Assembly (NCBI GenBank): GCA_958295945.1
Contig: OY282386.1
Coordinates: 1,687,371-1,751,370 of the forward strand
Direction of reading: 5' to 3'
Length of the DNA: 64,000 nucleotides
Source: Candidatus Poribacteria bacterium
GTDB taxonomy: Bacteria; Poribacteria; WGA-4E; WGA-3G
Positions 21,815 through 32,500 of the stretch are shown here, in pieces; the first letter of the stretch is position 1; every line of letters starts with the position of its first letter. Below the pieces are notes generated by a model. That model saw only the letters and a program-made list of their open reading frames with translations, did no database searches and was not told the DNA's origin. The position numbers were made by a program, and so were the translations under genes.

Positions 21815-21957
21815 ATGACTTCCACATTGCCTCTTAAAGTCCCACTGATAAGGGGGGTAGGGGGGTTAAATAGTGCAATATTTCAGTGTTTTTGGTCTTT
21901 TTAACCCCCTAAATCCCCCTTATCAAGGGGACTTTAAGAGAAACTGCGTAAGTCCTG
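21815..21957. mobile_element. Decayed MITE family E with inverted REP pair
   Basis: CTCTTAAAGTCCC ... GGGACTTTAAGAG inverted repeat; right end TGCGTAAGTCCTG. Confidence 0.6.
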
Positions 21958-21990
21958 ATGTTAATAGGATGCACATTTATAGAAATCGTC

Positions 21991-22746
21991 CTATTTTCTC
22001 AATTTTATTTTTGCCCAAGTAGTCGTTAATTTATCATGTGCCTCCACAGCAAGTGCTTCATCCATGTGTTTCTTTACTTCCGCTTCAGTGAGTGCAACGC
22101 TCCACATCTTCACTTCATCAATGGAACCGTTGAAGAAATTGTTGTTTCCGCTATTTGCGCCGATGGACATGCCAACGGTTGCGAAATCCATTTTAACCAC
22201 ACCCCCCGATTCCGCTTCTCCATCTTTTTCACCATCAATATACATGATAGCTTTATCTTGATCTTGCGTTACGACGAGGTAGTACCATTGTGGTTCAAAA
22301 GCATTGTAAGTGCTTGCTACTTGAAATTCCTTAACTTTTGTAGCAAGGTAGCATCCGAAAAGAATTTCACCACGGTTGAACGTGAGATGGGGTCTACCGC
22401 CACCTTGCAGACGATACATAATATCTATCCTATTACCACCCGCTATCTTTTCCGTAGGTTTGAACCACATCTCAATCGTCATTTCTTCTGGTTCAGCAAC
22501 ATCAAAGGCAGGAACAGTAACGGCTCCGTTATTAAATTTGAGGGCTCTACCTAATATACCTTCAACCCATTCACCATTCTTGATGGTGCCTTTAAAATTA
22601 TTTTTTGATATGTCCGCAGTTTTATTTCCATTTCCTTCATCAAAAGAGAAATGGAATATAATATCTTCAGCGGGATTTGCAGCATACACAGTTGAATAGC
22701 AAAGTCCAAGTGTTATTATTGTGAATAAACAAATTACACTTTTCAT
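21991..22746 (-). CDS. Secreted LamG/concanavalin-like domain protein with KLTTTWAKIK tail
   Basis: Signal peptide, FDEGNG, TIEMWFKP, MYIDG, FNGSIDEVKMW; ATG 22746 follows GGAGGA. Confidence 0.9.
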   Translation of the reverse strand: MKSVICLFTIITLGLCYSTVYAANPAEDIIFHFSFDEGNGNKTADISKNNFKGTIKNGEWVEGILGRALKFNNGAVTVPAFDVAEPEEMTIEMWFKPTEKIAGGNRIDIMYRLQGGGRPHLTFNRGEILFGCYLATKVKEFQVASTYNAFEPQWYYLVVTQDQDKAIMYIDGEKDGEAESGGVVKMDFATVGMSIGANSGNNNFFNGSIDEVKMWSVALTEAEVKKHMDEALAVEAHDKLTTTWAKIKLRK

Positions 22747-22782
22747 TGTATTTTCCTCCAATATGTTAATTTGAGTAACTCT

Positions 22783-22867
22783 ATTTTACATAATACAGCA
22801 TTTTATGTCAACATCAGAGCAGTATATGCTTTTCTATCTTGATATATACACTAATCTCTGATATAAT
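22783..22867. promoter_or_regulatory. Divergent sigma70-type promoters
   Basis: Minus strand TTGACA-17-TAAAAT (22811-22783); plus strand TTGATA-17-TATAAT (22839-22867). Confidence 0.55.
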
Positions 22868-22906
22868 ACTCATAATGAAACTCCAATAATAGCAAGAGGA
22901 AAGATC

Positions 22907-25114
22907 ATGAAACGTTTTGAAGCAAAACAACGATCATTAAATGCATGTCTGATTGCCGCGATTGTACATCTCTGCCTCGCTATTCTACTAACCTTTTTCT
23001 ATTACAGCCATCTAAGTAATGAAATTGATGATGTTGTTGGAATAGAATTCGTAGAAATGGAAGAAACATTAAGAAAACATCGCACGATAAAAAGACCTCC
23101 AAAGAAAAATCCAACGCAAAAATCCAAAGCCATTTCTGAATACCGACCACAACATAAAGCATTATCTGCTTCTGCCAATTTATTTGATGAAACTGTGCGT
23201 CCATCAGAAAAAATACTCACACATAGTGCCACGGAAACTGTATCCAATACCACAGAACTCCCCGACGTAACAACGCAGTCAAAACACCTAAATAGTCGTG
23301 CTGCTGCAATTGCTAAATCCGTTCAAAGTCCTTATGAAATCACTTCTGGAAAAGGAAAGGAAAGCCTTAGACAACGTGTTAAAGGGGATGGTGAAAGTGG
23401 ATTCCATCGACTTGAGTCCAAAGGCGTATCTGAAATAGGCGGAATTGGTGATGGATTAGGACAAGATGGAAGTGACGGTGGAGATGGAACAGGAGATGGC
23501 GGTGGTGGGAAGAATCCTTTTGGGGATGCACTAAAACAGATCGCAGATCATATCATCAGCACACGCACAGCTGACAAGGTGAATGTCGTTTTTGTCATCG
23601 ATACGAGCGCGAGTATGCGTGACAACATACAGCAGGTCGCAGATAACCTTTATTCAATGACTGATGCGTTTGACACAATCAACCTTGAATACCATTTAGG
23701 CATGGCTGAATTCAGTGTCCGTCAAGAAGGGCAAGAGATTAGAACGCGGGCATTATTACCCGATGTCGCACTCCTGAGAAGACGGATGAAGGAAGTAAAA
23801 TTGAGTGGAGATGAAAATGCTCTTGATGCACTCTTTGATACGCTTAACTTTATTCAATTTCATGTGGATGCAGATAAACACTTGATTCTCGTCACTGATG
23901 AACCAGCTTCTACCAGCTACAGAGCAGAAGATGGAGAGGATACAATGCAAAATAAAGTGATCGATCAAGCTAAATTTGAGGAAACACGTGTCAATGTACT
24001 CGGACATCCTGAACCCTTTCAACAAAATTTAGCAGAAGTCACTGGCGGTATATGGCAAGCAATTCCAGGCAGTGAATACAATCCTGCTGCACTCCCAAGC
24101 AATCGGGCAGGAAACCAAAAGTTTTTGAAAGTATTTAGGGATATTGCGGTTGATATACGGAAATCCGGGGGCAGATCACTATTCAGTCTTGACCTAAAGT
24201 TCACAATTGACTTGGAAGATGGTGAACTTTCTGTAGATCAAATAAAGAAAGTCGTCCGAGACAAGGGGTTGGATTTCAAGCCACAACTGTTCCTATCCGA
24301 AAACATCAAAATCCTAAACAATCCCATCAGTGAGTTATGGGTTATTGCTGACCATGCGAACGGAGAAATGTTCACTGTCAACAGAGCGGACACAAAATTA
24401 TATGTCCATGAAGGGGTTTTGCCTGAACAGTGGAATTTGGATGAAGACGCAATTGCACGCACACAAAGACAAGGAAAAAGATGGGTACTCACCAATCTGG
24501 CAAAAAACCAAATCTATACTTTCATCAGAGGAAACGATCACATGCAGGTGTTTGCAGGAGGACAACCCGGTTCAGCTTCAAACCCCAATGCAGAACCCAT
24601 TGTAGATATTATGATAATGTTAGACTACAGCAGAAGTATGGGTGGAAAATCACAAGCGATCATGCTCGGATTAAGCACGCTTCTTGGAAGATTAGATATA
24701 TTTCCACTTAAGTATAGAGTCGGACTCATCAGATTCGCAGAAGCAAAAGACGCAATAAAGACTATTGATGGTGTTGTTGTGAGTCAAATGCCACTTAACG
24801 AAATCGTCATTGAAACCCTAATGGAAGACCCGTTTGGTGGGGATGAGCATCTGATTGATGCTATCGTAGAAGGTCTACCGCAGGTTAAATTTAGTCCTTA
24901 CGCCAAACGTTTCCTACTAATTTTGACAGATGAACCGACAACTGGTAAGTATCCTGCTGAACAAGCATTGAAGATCTGTAAATCCTATGGCACTATGGTG
25001 TATGTTGTAGGTCATCCACAGGAAGATGATTTTCAAACGAAACTCGCGAAAGAAACCAAAGGACTATTTTTCACTATGCCAAGACATTTGGATAAAGAAT
25101 ATCCAAAGCAATAA
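22907..25114 (+). CDS. Membrane-anchored protein with two VWA domains
   Basis: N-terminal TM helix, Gly-rich linker, MIDAS motifs DTSAS and DYSRS each with downstream TDEP. Confidence 0.88.
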   Translation: MKRFEAKQRSLNACLIAAIVHLCLAILLTFFYYSHLSNEIDDVVGIEFVEMEETLRKHRTIKRPPKKNPTQKSKAISEYRPQHKALSASANLFDETVRPSEKILTHSATETVSNTTELPDVTTQSKHLNSRAAAIAKSVQSPYEITSGKGKESLRQRVKGDGESGFHRLESKGVSEIGGIGDGLGQDGSDGGDGTGDGGGGKNPFGDALKQIADHIISTRTADKVNVVFVIDTSASMRDNIQQVADNLYSMTDAFDTINLEYHLGMAEFSVRQEGQEIRTRALLPDVALLRRRMKEVKLSGDENALDALFDTLNFIQFHVDADKHLILVTDEPASTSYRAEDGEDTMQNKVIDQAKFEETRVNVLGHPEPFQQNLAEVTGGIWQAIPGSEYNPAALPSNRAGNQKFLKVFRDIAVDIRKSGGRSLFSLDLKFTIDLEDGELSVDQIKKVVRDKGLDFKPQLFLSENIKILNNPISELWVIADHANGEMFTVNRADTKLYVHEGVLPEQWNLDEDAIARTQRQGKRWVLTNLAKNQIYTFIRGNDHMQVFAGGQPGSASNPNAEPIVDIMIMLDYSRSMGGKSQAIMLGLSTLLGRLDIFPLKYRVGLIRFAEAKDAIKTIDGVVVSQMPLNEIVIETLMEDPFGGDEHLIDAIVEGLPQVKFSPYAKRFLLILTDEPTTGKYPAEQALKICKSYGTMVYVVGHPQEDDFQTKLAKETKGLFFTMPRHLDKEYPKQ

Positions 25115-25147
25115 ATCCCAAATCAGTAACATAGAAAGAGGAATTTG

Positions 25148-25666
25148 ATGGCAACATCGACAAGCACACAACAACACAGAGAGATCGCATCGGAACAGGG
25201 TCCTGTTTCTGTTGCGATTGTAACAGTCAGCGACTCACGCACACCAGAAACAGACACAAACGCTGCTTTTCTACGCGAACAACTTGAGGCAGATGGAAAC
25301 AGCATAACTGCATATCAGATCATAAAAGACGAACCTGACCAAGTGTCTGATGTCCTGGACACAATGGCAAAAACTGACGCGCAGATAATAATCTTCAACG
25401 GTGGTACTGGTATTGCACCACGCGATACAACTTTTGATGTTCTTGATCGCAAATTAGAAAAGACATTGCCGGGATTTGGTGAGCTTTTTCGCATGTTCAG
25501 TTACGACCAGGTAGGTGCTGCTGCAATGTTGTCACGCGCAACGGCAGGGGTGTATCGCGGGAAGGTTGTAATCTCAACTCCGGGGTCAAATGCCGCTGTG
25601 CGGTTGGCGTGGGAAAAACTCATCGGTCCAGAACTTGAACATTTAGCTTGGGAAGTTGGACGATAG
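25148..25666 (+). CDS. moaB: Molybdenum cofactor biosynthesis protein MoaB/MogA
   Basis: [35 protein letters not shown]. Confidence 0.92.
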   Translation: MATSTSTQQHREIASEQGPVSVAIVTVSDSRTPETDTNAAFLREQLEADGNSITAYQIIKDEPDQVSDVLDTMAKTDAQIIIFNGGTGIAPRDTTFDVLDRKLEKTLPGFGELFRMFSYDQVGAAAMLSRATAGVYRGKVVISTPGSNAAVRLAWEKLIGPELEHLAWEVGR

Positions 25667-25674
25667 TCTATAGG

Positions 25675-26532
25675 CTATAACATCTCACGCGTAAAGGTAT
25701 ATATTCCTCTCAACCAAGACCCATAATAGAAACCATTCGCATAACAGAAATATAACACCTTCAAACCAACAACACAAATCAAGCAGAACGATAACAACGC
25801 AAGCAGACTATAATCCAATCTCCTCATCTGTGAAGTGTGTAATGATGTCCGCTGTGTCGCAGTCTCCGGTGAAAACCCACGGCTTTCAACCGATTCACCA
25901 AGGTTTGTCGCGTGTCGTATATTTCCTGCCAATATAGGACGAAAACTATTGATGACACCACGCACAGAGGCAAATAGATTGAATCGTAGATAACGAAATC
26001 CTCTCAATCTCTGTGATCGTATAACAGCAACGGCTTCAGAGGCAATCACTGGAATGAAATGTAAAGCAGTTGTCACCATAAAAGCAAGTGCACCCGGCAC
26101 GCGCAACTGCGACAATGCCAGCAGCAGATCACGTGGTTGTGTTGTCCACACAATGTAGCACCCTATGGTAAGCGTAGTATTGAACCGTAGTGATTGAATG
26201 ATACCGTGATACAACCCCTCACGATAGATTTGGATACCACCTGTCCATTCCCCTATGAGCGGAAAATCTGCAGGAACAAGCGTAAGCAATACCGTGCGGG
26301 GAAATGCATTATAGAATATACCTTGACTGTATATCAATCCCCATGTCGTAAAGAAAAGAAATATCAGCAATAATCTAATCTGCTTTAGCGTAGGGATAGA
26401 AGATGCAACAAGGAGGATACTTGCCAGAAAGCAAACTAACAGCGCGGATGGACTGTCCAGTAAAATGACGAGACATCCGCATATCATCATGATGAGGACT
26501 TTTGTGCGGGATTCCAGTTTGAAGCATTGCAT
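25675..26532 (-). CDS. ecfT: ECF transporter transmembrane component T
   Basis: Multi-TM; coupling-helix motifs SQRLRG and ESRGF. Confidence 0.9.
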   Translation of the reverse strand: MQCFKLESRTKVLIMMICGCLVILLDSPSALLVCFLASILLVASSIPTLKQIRLLLIFLFFTTWGLIYSQGIFYNAFPRTVLLTLVPADFPLIGEWTGGIQIYREGLYHGIIQSLRFNTTLTIGCYIVWTTQPRDLLLALSQLRVPGALAFMVTTALHFIPVIASEAVAVIRSQRLRGFRYLRFNLFASVRGVINSFRPILAGNIRHATNLGESVESRGFSPETATQRTSLHTSQMRRLDYSLLALLSFCLICVVGLKVLYFCYANGFYYGSWLRGIYTFTREML

Positions 26533-26546
26533 TGTCAGTTAACTCT

Positions 26547-29500
26547 CTATTTCCGTATCAACATCTTGCGTGTAGCAGTGAAATCACCTGCGGTTAATGT
26601 ATAAAAGTAGATTCCGCTTGCAACGCGTTCACCTTGGGCATTTTTGCCATCCCAATGGGCTGCACGGTTGCGATGCTCATATACTCCAGCAGCCTTATGA
26701 CCAAACGACAACGTTCTTATCAATATGCCATTGACCGCATAGATGCGTACCGTTACTTCTGCAGGTTTTGCTAAGTGATACGGTATCCACGTCTCTGGGT
26801 TGAAAGGATTCGGATAGTTAGCCAAGAGTGTTGTCTTTTCTGGCAACATGGAGGCAAGCAGCTGCTCAAGTACAATGATTCCTCTTTGGAATGTTTCATC
26901 TCTGTTTGTTCGTTGCTTTGCTTCGTCAATCCATCTTTGCAAGTTCTCTGCTGTCAAAACAGCTGCAGGTGCAGTAGGTGTGTTTTCTAATGCTGCCATG
27001 ACCAATGCTAAATCATCACTGTTAACAACACCATCTCCGTTTACGTCTGGATTCGGATATGTACCTTTAGATGGGATTGTGCCGATAGTTGCAGCGACTA
27101 ACACGAGGTCTTCTACATCAACGATACCATCCGCATTCACATCTTCTGGAACATGGTTCTCTGGCAAGACGACATGTGCGATAAAGGTAAGTTGAGAATT
27201 AATACCTTCTGCAGTCACATTAACAGTGATAGTGATAGTACCAAGTTTCCATCCAAATCGAAGAAAAGTTTGTGCTCTACCGGCGGCATCGGTCGTAACG
27301 GTAGTATCAGTCAGTTCTGCATCACCATCGGTTATAGAAAATGTAACCTTCACTCCCTCTTTTGGATTCCCATTAGCATCACGATATTCCACAACGAAGG
27401 GGGCAGGGAGTGTCCTCCCCACAAGTTCTTCTTGTTTATCACCAGATATTATGAGGAATTCTGGGTGCGTAATATTGTCAAAAGATACTACAATTCCTCT
27501 TGCCTGCATAGCAGGGATGTGTGTCCGTATTGCTTCATTATTAAGTGGATTGTTTCTAATATCTAGCCCCGTGCTATCCCACTGCGTTCCTGTTAGGTTT
27601 AATGCTAACAGAGGTGACATATCTGATATGTTATTGTAGCGAAGATGCAGATGAGTCAAGTTTGTCAACGCTGATAGTGCAGAAGTATCTGATATGTTAT
27701 TGTTGAAAAGATATAGCTGAGTCAGGTTTGTTAACCCTAATAGTGCAGATATATCTGAAATGTTGTTGCGGCCAAGCCTCAGCAAAGCCAAGTTTGTCAA
27801 CTCTGACTCTGATAGTGCAGAAATATCTGATATGTTATTGTCATCAAGATACAGCCGAGTCAGGTTTGCCAATCCCGACAGCGCAGACACATCCGATATG
27901 TTGTTGCTGTCCAGATTCAACCAATCCAGTTTGGATGCATGTTCAAGGCCGGTAAGGTCTTGAATGTCGGCGTTTCGGGCATCAAGTCTGGTTAATTCCA
28001 ACAAATCTCCTGCCTTGAGTTTTGCGTTCTTCGGTTTGTTAAGGGTTTCTGCAATTTTGGTGTGGAGGTTCACGTCCGGAATATGTACAAGCATGTCCCC
28101 ATCAATAGCCGTGATCGTAAAGTTTAGCGGCTGTGGAATCTCGGTGACTGTAGCACTGACAGTGTTCTCACCGGGCTCGGGTCCCAGTGTGAGCGTTGTA
28201 GCAGCTTTGCCATTGAGACTGCTAATCGCTTTTGATGTCGAGCGATGACCACCTAAAGTTGTGAGCGTGAAATTGACCGGCACCCCCGCAAACGCAACGC
28301 CCTTCTGATCTTGGACTTGGACGATTACTTGACGTGGGGTGCCAGCGACTCCAGATGGACCTGGAATATTAATAAGCGTTGTAGGCGTTCGGGTGTCAAA
28401 CACTACATCCACACCGTGGGAACGCAGGGTTGGAATAGTGGTATAGAGTGACGGATAACTCAGCAGGTTTCCGCGTAGATGCAACGTTTTCAATTCGGTG
28501 AGTTCCACAAGAGGCTCAACCTCTGAGATTTTATTGTTTTCAAGGGACAATGTCCCTAATTGTGTGAGTTCTACCAAAGGCGCAATATCAGAGAGATTAT
28601 TGTTGTCAAGAGATAGTGTCGTCAGTTGCGTAAGTCCCGTTAGCGAATCTATATTGGATAGGTTGTTGCTATTAAGCTTCAAACTTGTTAGATTAGATGC
28701 ATGTTGCAATCCTGTGAGGTTGCTAATACCAGCGTTGTTAGCGGTAAGGGATGTCAGAGCCAACATATCTCCCATAGTAATAGGTGCATCGGTCGGTTTA
28801 CCGGATGTTTCCGCTATCTTGGCACTCAGATTAGCATCGGAAAGTGTCACGGTTGAATCAAGTGAGATACTTGTTACTGTAAACAGGACAGATTGAGAAA
28901 CGTTTGGTGCAGAAGCTTGGACGGTCATTGTGCCGCCCGTTTCTCCAAGTGTCAATCGAGTTTGTGCATTGCCAGCCTTATCAGTTTTTGCCGTTGTGGC
29001 ACTGAGTTCTCCACTGCCTTTAGTGATTGAAAATGTTACAGGAACCTCCGCGAATGGGCGATTGGACTGATCTCGGACTTGGACAACGTATGGAAGTGGT
29101 AATTCTGAATTAGTTATCGCTTGCTGCGCATCACCAGATATTTTTAGGAGTTTCGTTGGTGTGCGCTGGCTATACTGGACCTCAACCCCTTTTGCCTGCA
29201 TAGCAGGAATATGGGTGTTGATAGCAACGTAGCTAAGGGGATTGTTCCAAAGATATAGCCCCGTGCTATCCCACTCTGTTCCTATAAGGTTTAATTTCAC
29301 CAAGGGTGATACATCCGAGATGTTATTGTTGTGAAGCTGCAGTTGCGTTAGGTTTGTCAATCCTGATAGTGCAGATATATCTGATATGTTATTGTTGGCA
29401 AGAAGCAGCGAATTCAAGTTTGTCAATCCTGACAACGCAGACACATCCGAGATGTTATTGTTGTGAAGCCACAGTTGCGTTAGGTTTGTCAATCCTGATA

Positions 29501-32500
29501 GTGCAGATATATCTGATATGTTATTGTTGACAAGATCCAGCGAATTCAAGTTTGTCAATTCTGATAGCGCAGACAAATCAACCAATATCGTGTGAGAGAG
29601 GTTCAGGTATGTCAATGCGGTTAGCCCTATAAGCGGTGACAAATTCGATACTGTATTACTGTTGACAGTTCCCTCCCCCTCAATGTACTCAGCCCCAAGG
29701 TTCAAGGAACTCAGGTTGGACGCATATTCAATACCGGTAAGGTCTTGAATGTTGGCGTTTTGTGCGTCAAGTCTGGTTAATGCCAACAAATCTCCAGCAT
29801 TGAGTTTTGCGTTTTTGGGTTTGTTGAGGGTTTCCACTATTTTGGCATAGAGGTTCACATCGGGAATATGCACAAGCGTGTTCCCATCAATAGCCGTGAT
29901 CGTAAAGTTTAGCGGCTGTGGAATCTCGGTGACTGTAGCACTGACAGTGTTCTCACCGGGCTCGGGTCCCAGTGTGAGCGTTGTAGCAGCTTTGCCATTG
30001 AGACTGCTAATCGCTTTTGATGTCCAGCGATGACCACCTGAAGTTGTGAGCGTGAAATTGACCGGCACCCCCGCAAATGCAACGCCTTTCTGATCTTGGA
30101 CTTGGACGATTACTTGTAGTGTGGCACCCGCAACTCCAGGTGTTCCTGGAATGTTAATAAGTGTTGTCGGGGTTCGGGTGTCAACCACTACATCCACACC
30201 GTGGGAACGCAGGGTCGGAATAGTGGTATAGAGTGACGGATAACTCAGCAGGTTTCCGTGTAGACGCAACGTTTTCAAGTCGGTGAGTTCCACAAGAGGT
30301 GCTACATCGGATAGTTTATTGTTTTCAAGAGACAGTGTCTCTAATTGTGTGAGTTCTACCAAAGGCGCAATATTAGAGAGATTATTGTTGTCAAGTGATA
30401 ATGTCGTCAGTTGCGTAAGTCCTGTTAGCGAATCTATATTGGATAGGTTGTTGCTATTAAGCTTCAAGCTTGTTAGATTAGATGCATGTTGCAATCCCGT
30501 GAGGGTGCTAATACTGGCATTGTTAGCAGTAAGTGATGTCAACGTCAACATATCGGCTACAGTAATAGATGCGTCGGTCGGTTTACCGAGGGTTTCTATT
30601 ATCTTTGCGGTAAGGTTCGTATCGGGCAGGTGCACGAATGAAGTGGGAAGGATCGCTGTTACCGTAAATTGTATGGGCTGCGAAATCTTCACTGCTGTCA
30701 CGCGGATGGTTGTTTCCCCCTCGGTTTGTCCTAACGTAAAACGTGCTTTTGCCCTACCTTTAGCATCCGTTGTGGTGTTAGTGGTGCTGAGTTTTCCACC
30801 GCCCTTGGTAATTGAAAATGTTACAGGAACCTCCGCGAATGGGCGATTGGACTGATCTCGGACTTGGGCAACAAATGGAAGTGGTAATTTTGTATTGGTC
30901 AAGGCTTGTTGTGTGTCGCCAGATATCTTTAGGAGTTTCGTTGGTGTGCGCTGGCTATACTGGACCTCAACCCCTTTTGCCTGCATAGCAGGGATATGGG
31001 TGTTGATAGAAACGTAGCTAAGGGGATTGATCCAAAGATATAGCCCCGTGCTATCCCACTGTGTTCCTATAAGGTTTAATTTCACCAAGGGTGATACATC
31101 CGAGATGTTATTGTTGTGAAGCTGCAGTTGCGTTAGGTTTGTCAATCCTGATAGTGCAGATATATCTGATATGTTATTGTTGGCAAGAAGCAGCGAATTC
31201 AAGTTTGTCAATCCTGACAACGCAGACACATCCGAGATGTTATTGTTGTGAAGCCACAGTTGCGTTAGGTTTGTCAACTCTGATAGCACAGACACATCTG
31301 AAATGTTGTTGCTGCCAAGATCCAGCCGAGTCAGGTTTGTCAATCCTGATAGCACAGACACATCTGAAATGTTGTTGCTGCCAAGATTCAGCCGAGTCAG
31401 GTTTGTCAATCCTGATAGTGCAGATATATCTGAAATGTTGTTGTTGGCAAGATACAGCGAACTCATATTTTTGAGTTCTGATAGCACTGATATATCTGAT
31501 ATGTTATTGTTGTTGAGATTCAGCGAAGTCAGGTTTGTCAACTCTGACAACGCAGACACATCTGAAATGTTGTTGCCGGAAAGATGTAACCAATTCAGTT
31601 GTGTCAACTCTGATAGCACAGACACATCTGAAATGTTGTTGCTGCCAAGATCCAGCCGAGTCAGGTTTGTCAATCCTGATAGCGCAGAAACATCTGATAT
31701 GGTGTTGTTGTTAAGCACCAACCAAGTCAGTTGTGTTAACTCTGACAGTGGCGACACATCTGAAATATTGGTGTTCCAAAGATTCAGCGAAGTCAGGTTT
31801 GTCGACTCTGACAACGCAGACAGATCTGATATGTTATTGTTGTTGAGATTCAGCGAAGTCAGGTTTGTCAACTCTGACAACGCAGACAGATCCAATACCG
31901 TATTGCTGTTGACATATCCCTCGCCCTCAATATACTCAGTTCCAAGGTTCAACGATCTCAGATTGTGCGCGTGTTCAAGCCCGGTGAGGTCTGTTATCCC
32001 GCTATTTGGCGTATCAAGTTTCCATAAGTTTAGCATAGAGTGCGTCGTGAGAGCTTGGGTTGAAGATAGATTGAGAGCTTGCCGCACTGCCAACGCTAAA
32101 GTAGCGTCCGGAATTGAAACAACTTGGGATGGAGGAAGTAGAGAGCTGATATCAATTGGAAATACTCGGCTTGTTATAAAACTTCCAAACACATCAATTA
32201 TCTGGAGTTCTACGACGTTATTTTTGGGTGGCAAACCGGTAGTGATAAATTCAATCGTGCTGCTTTGGCCGTTTAGCAGCTTACAACCAAGCAAACCTCC
32301 TCCAAGTCCACGTGGTTCTGTTTCGGGCGTAAGCAATAAGGCTTGATGGAGCCCATCGGGATCAGTCACTTCAAAACGGAGGCGGATCGTATTGGGAGGC
32401 GCAGCGAGACTGGGTGGAAGCATCTTGATCGTTCCGGATTGATTCTTAGAAACAGTTTGGTCTGTATTAAAGGCAGGGTTCATATTCAACACTTCCGCGG

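Noticed and set aside
31303..32346. 347-aa plus-strand ORF
   Set aside because: Antisense shadow of the LRR repeats
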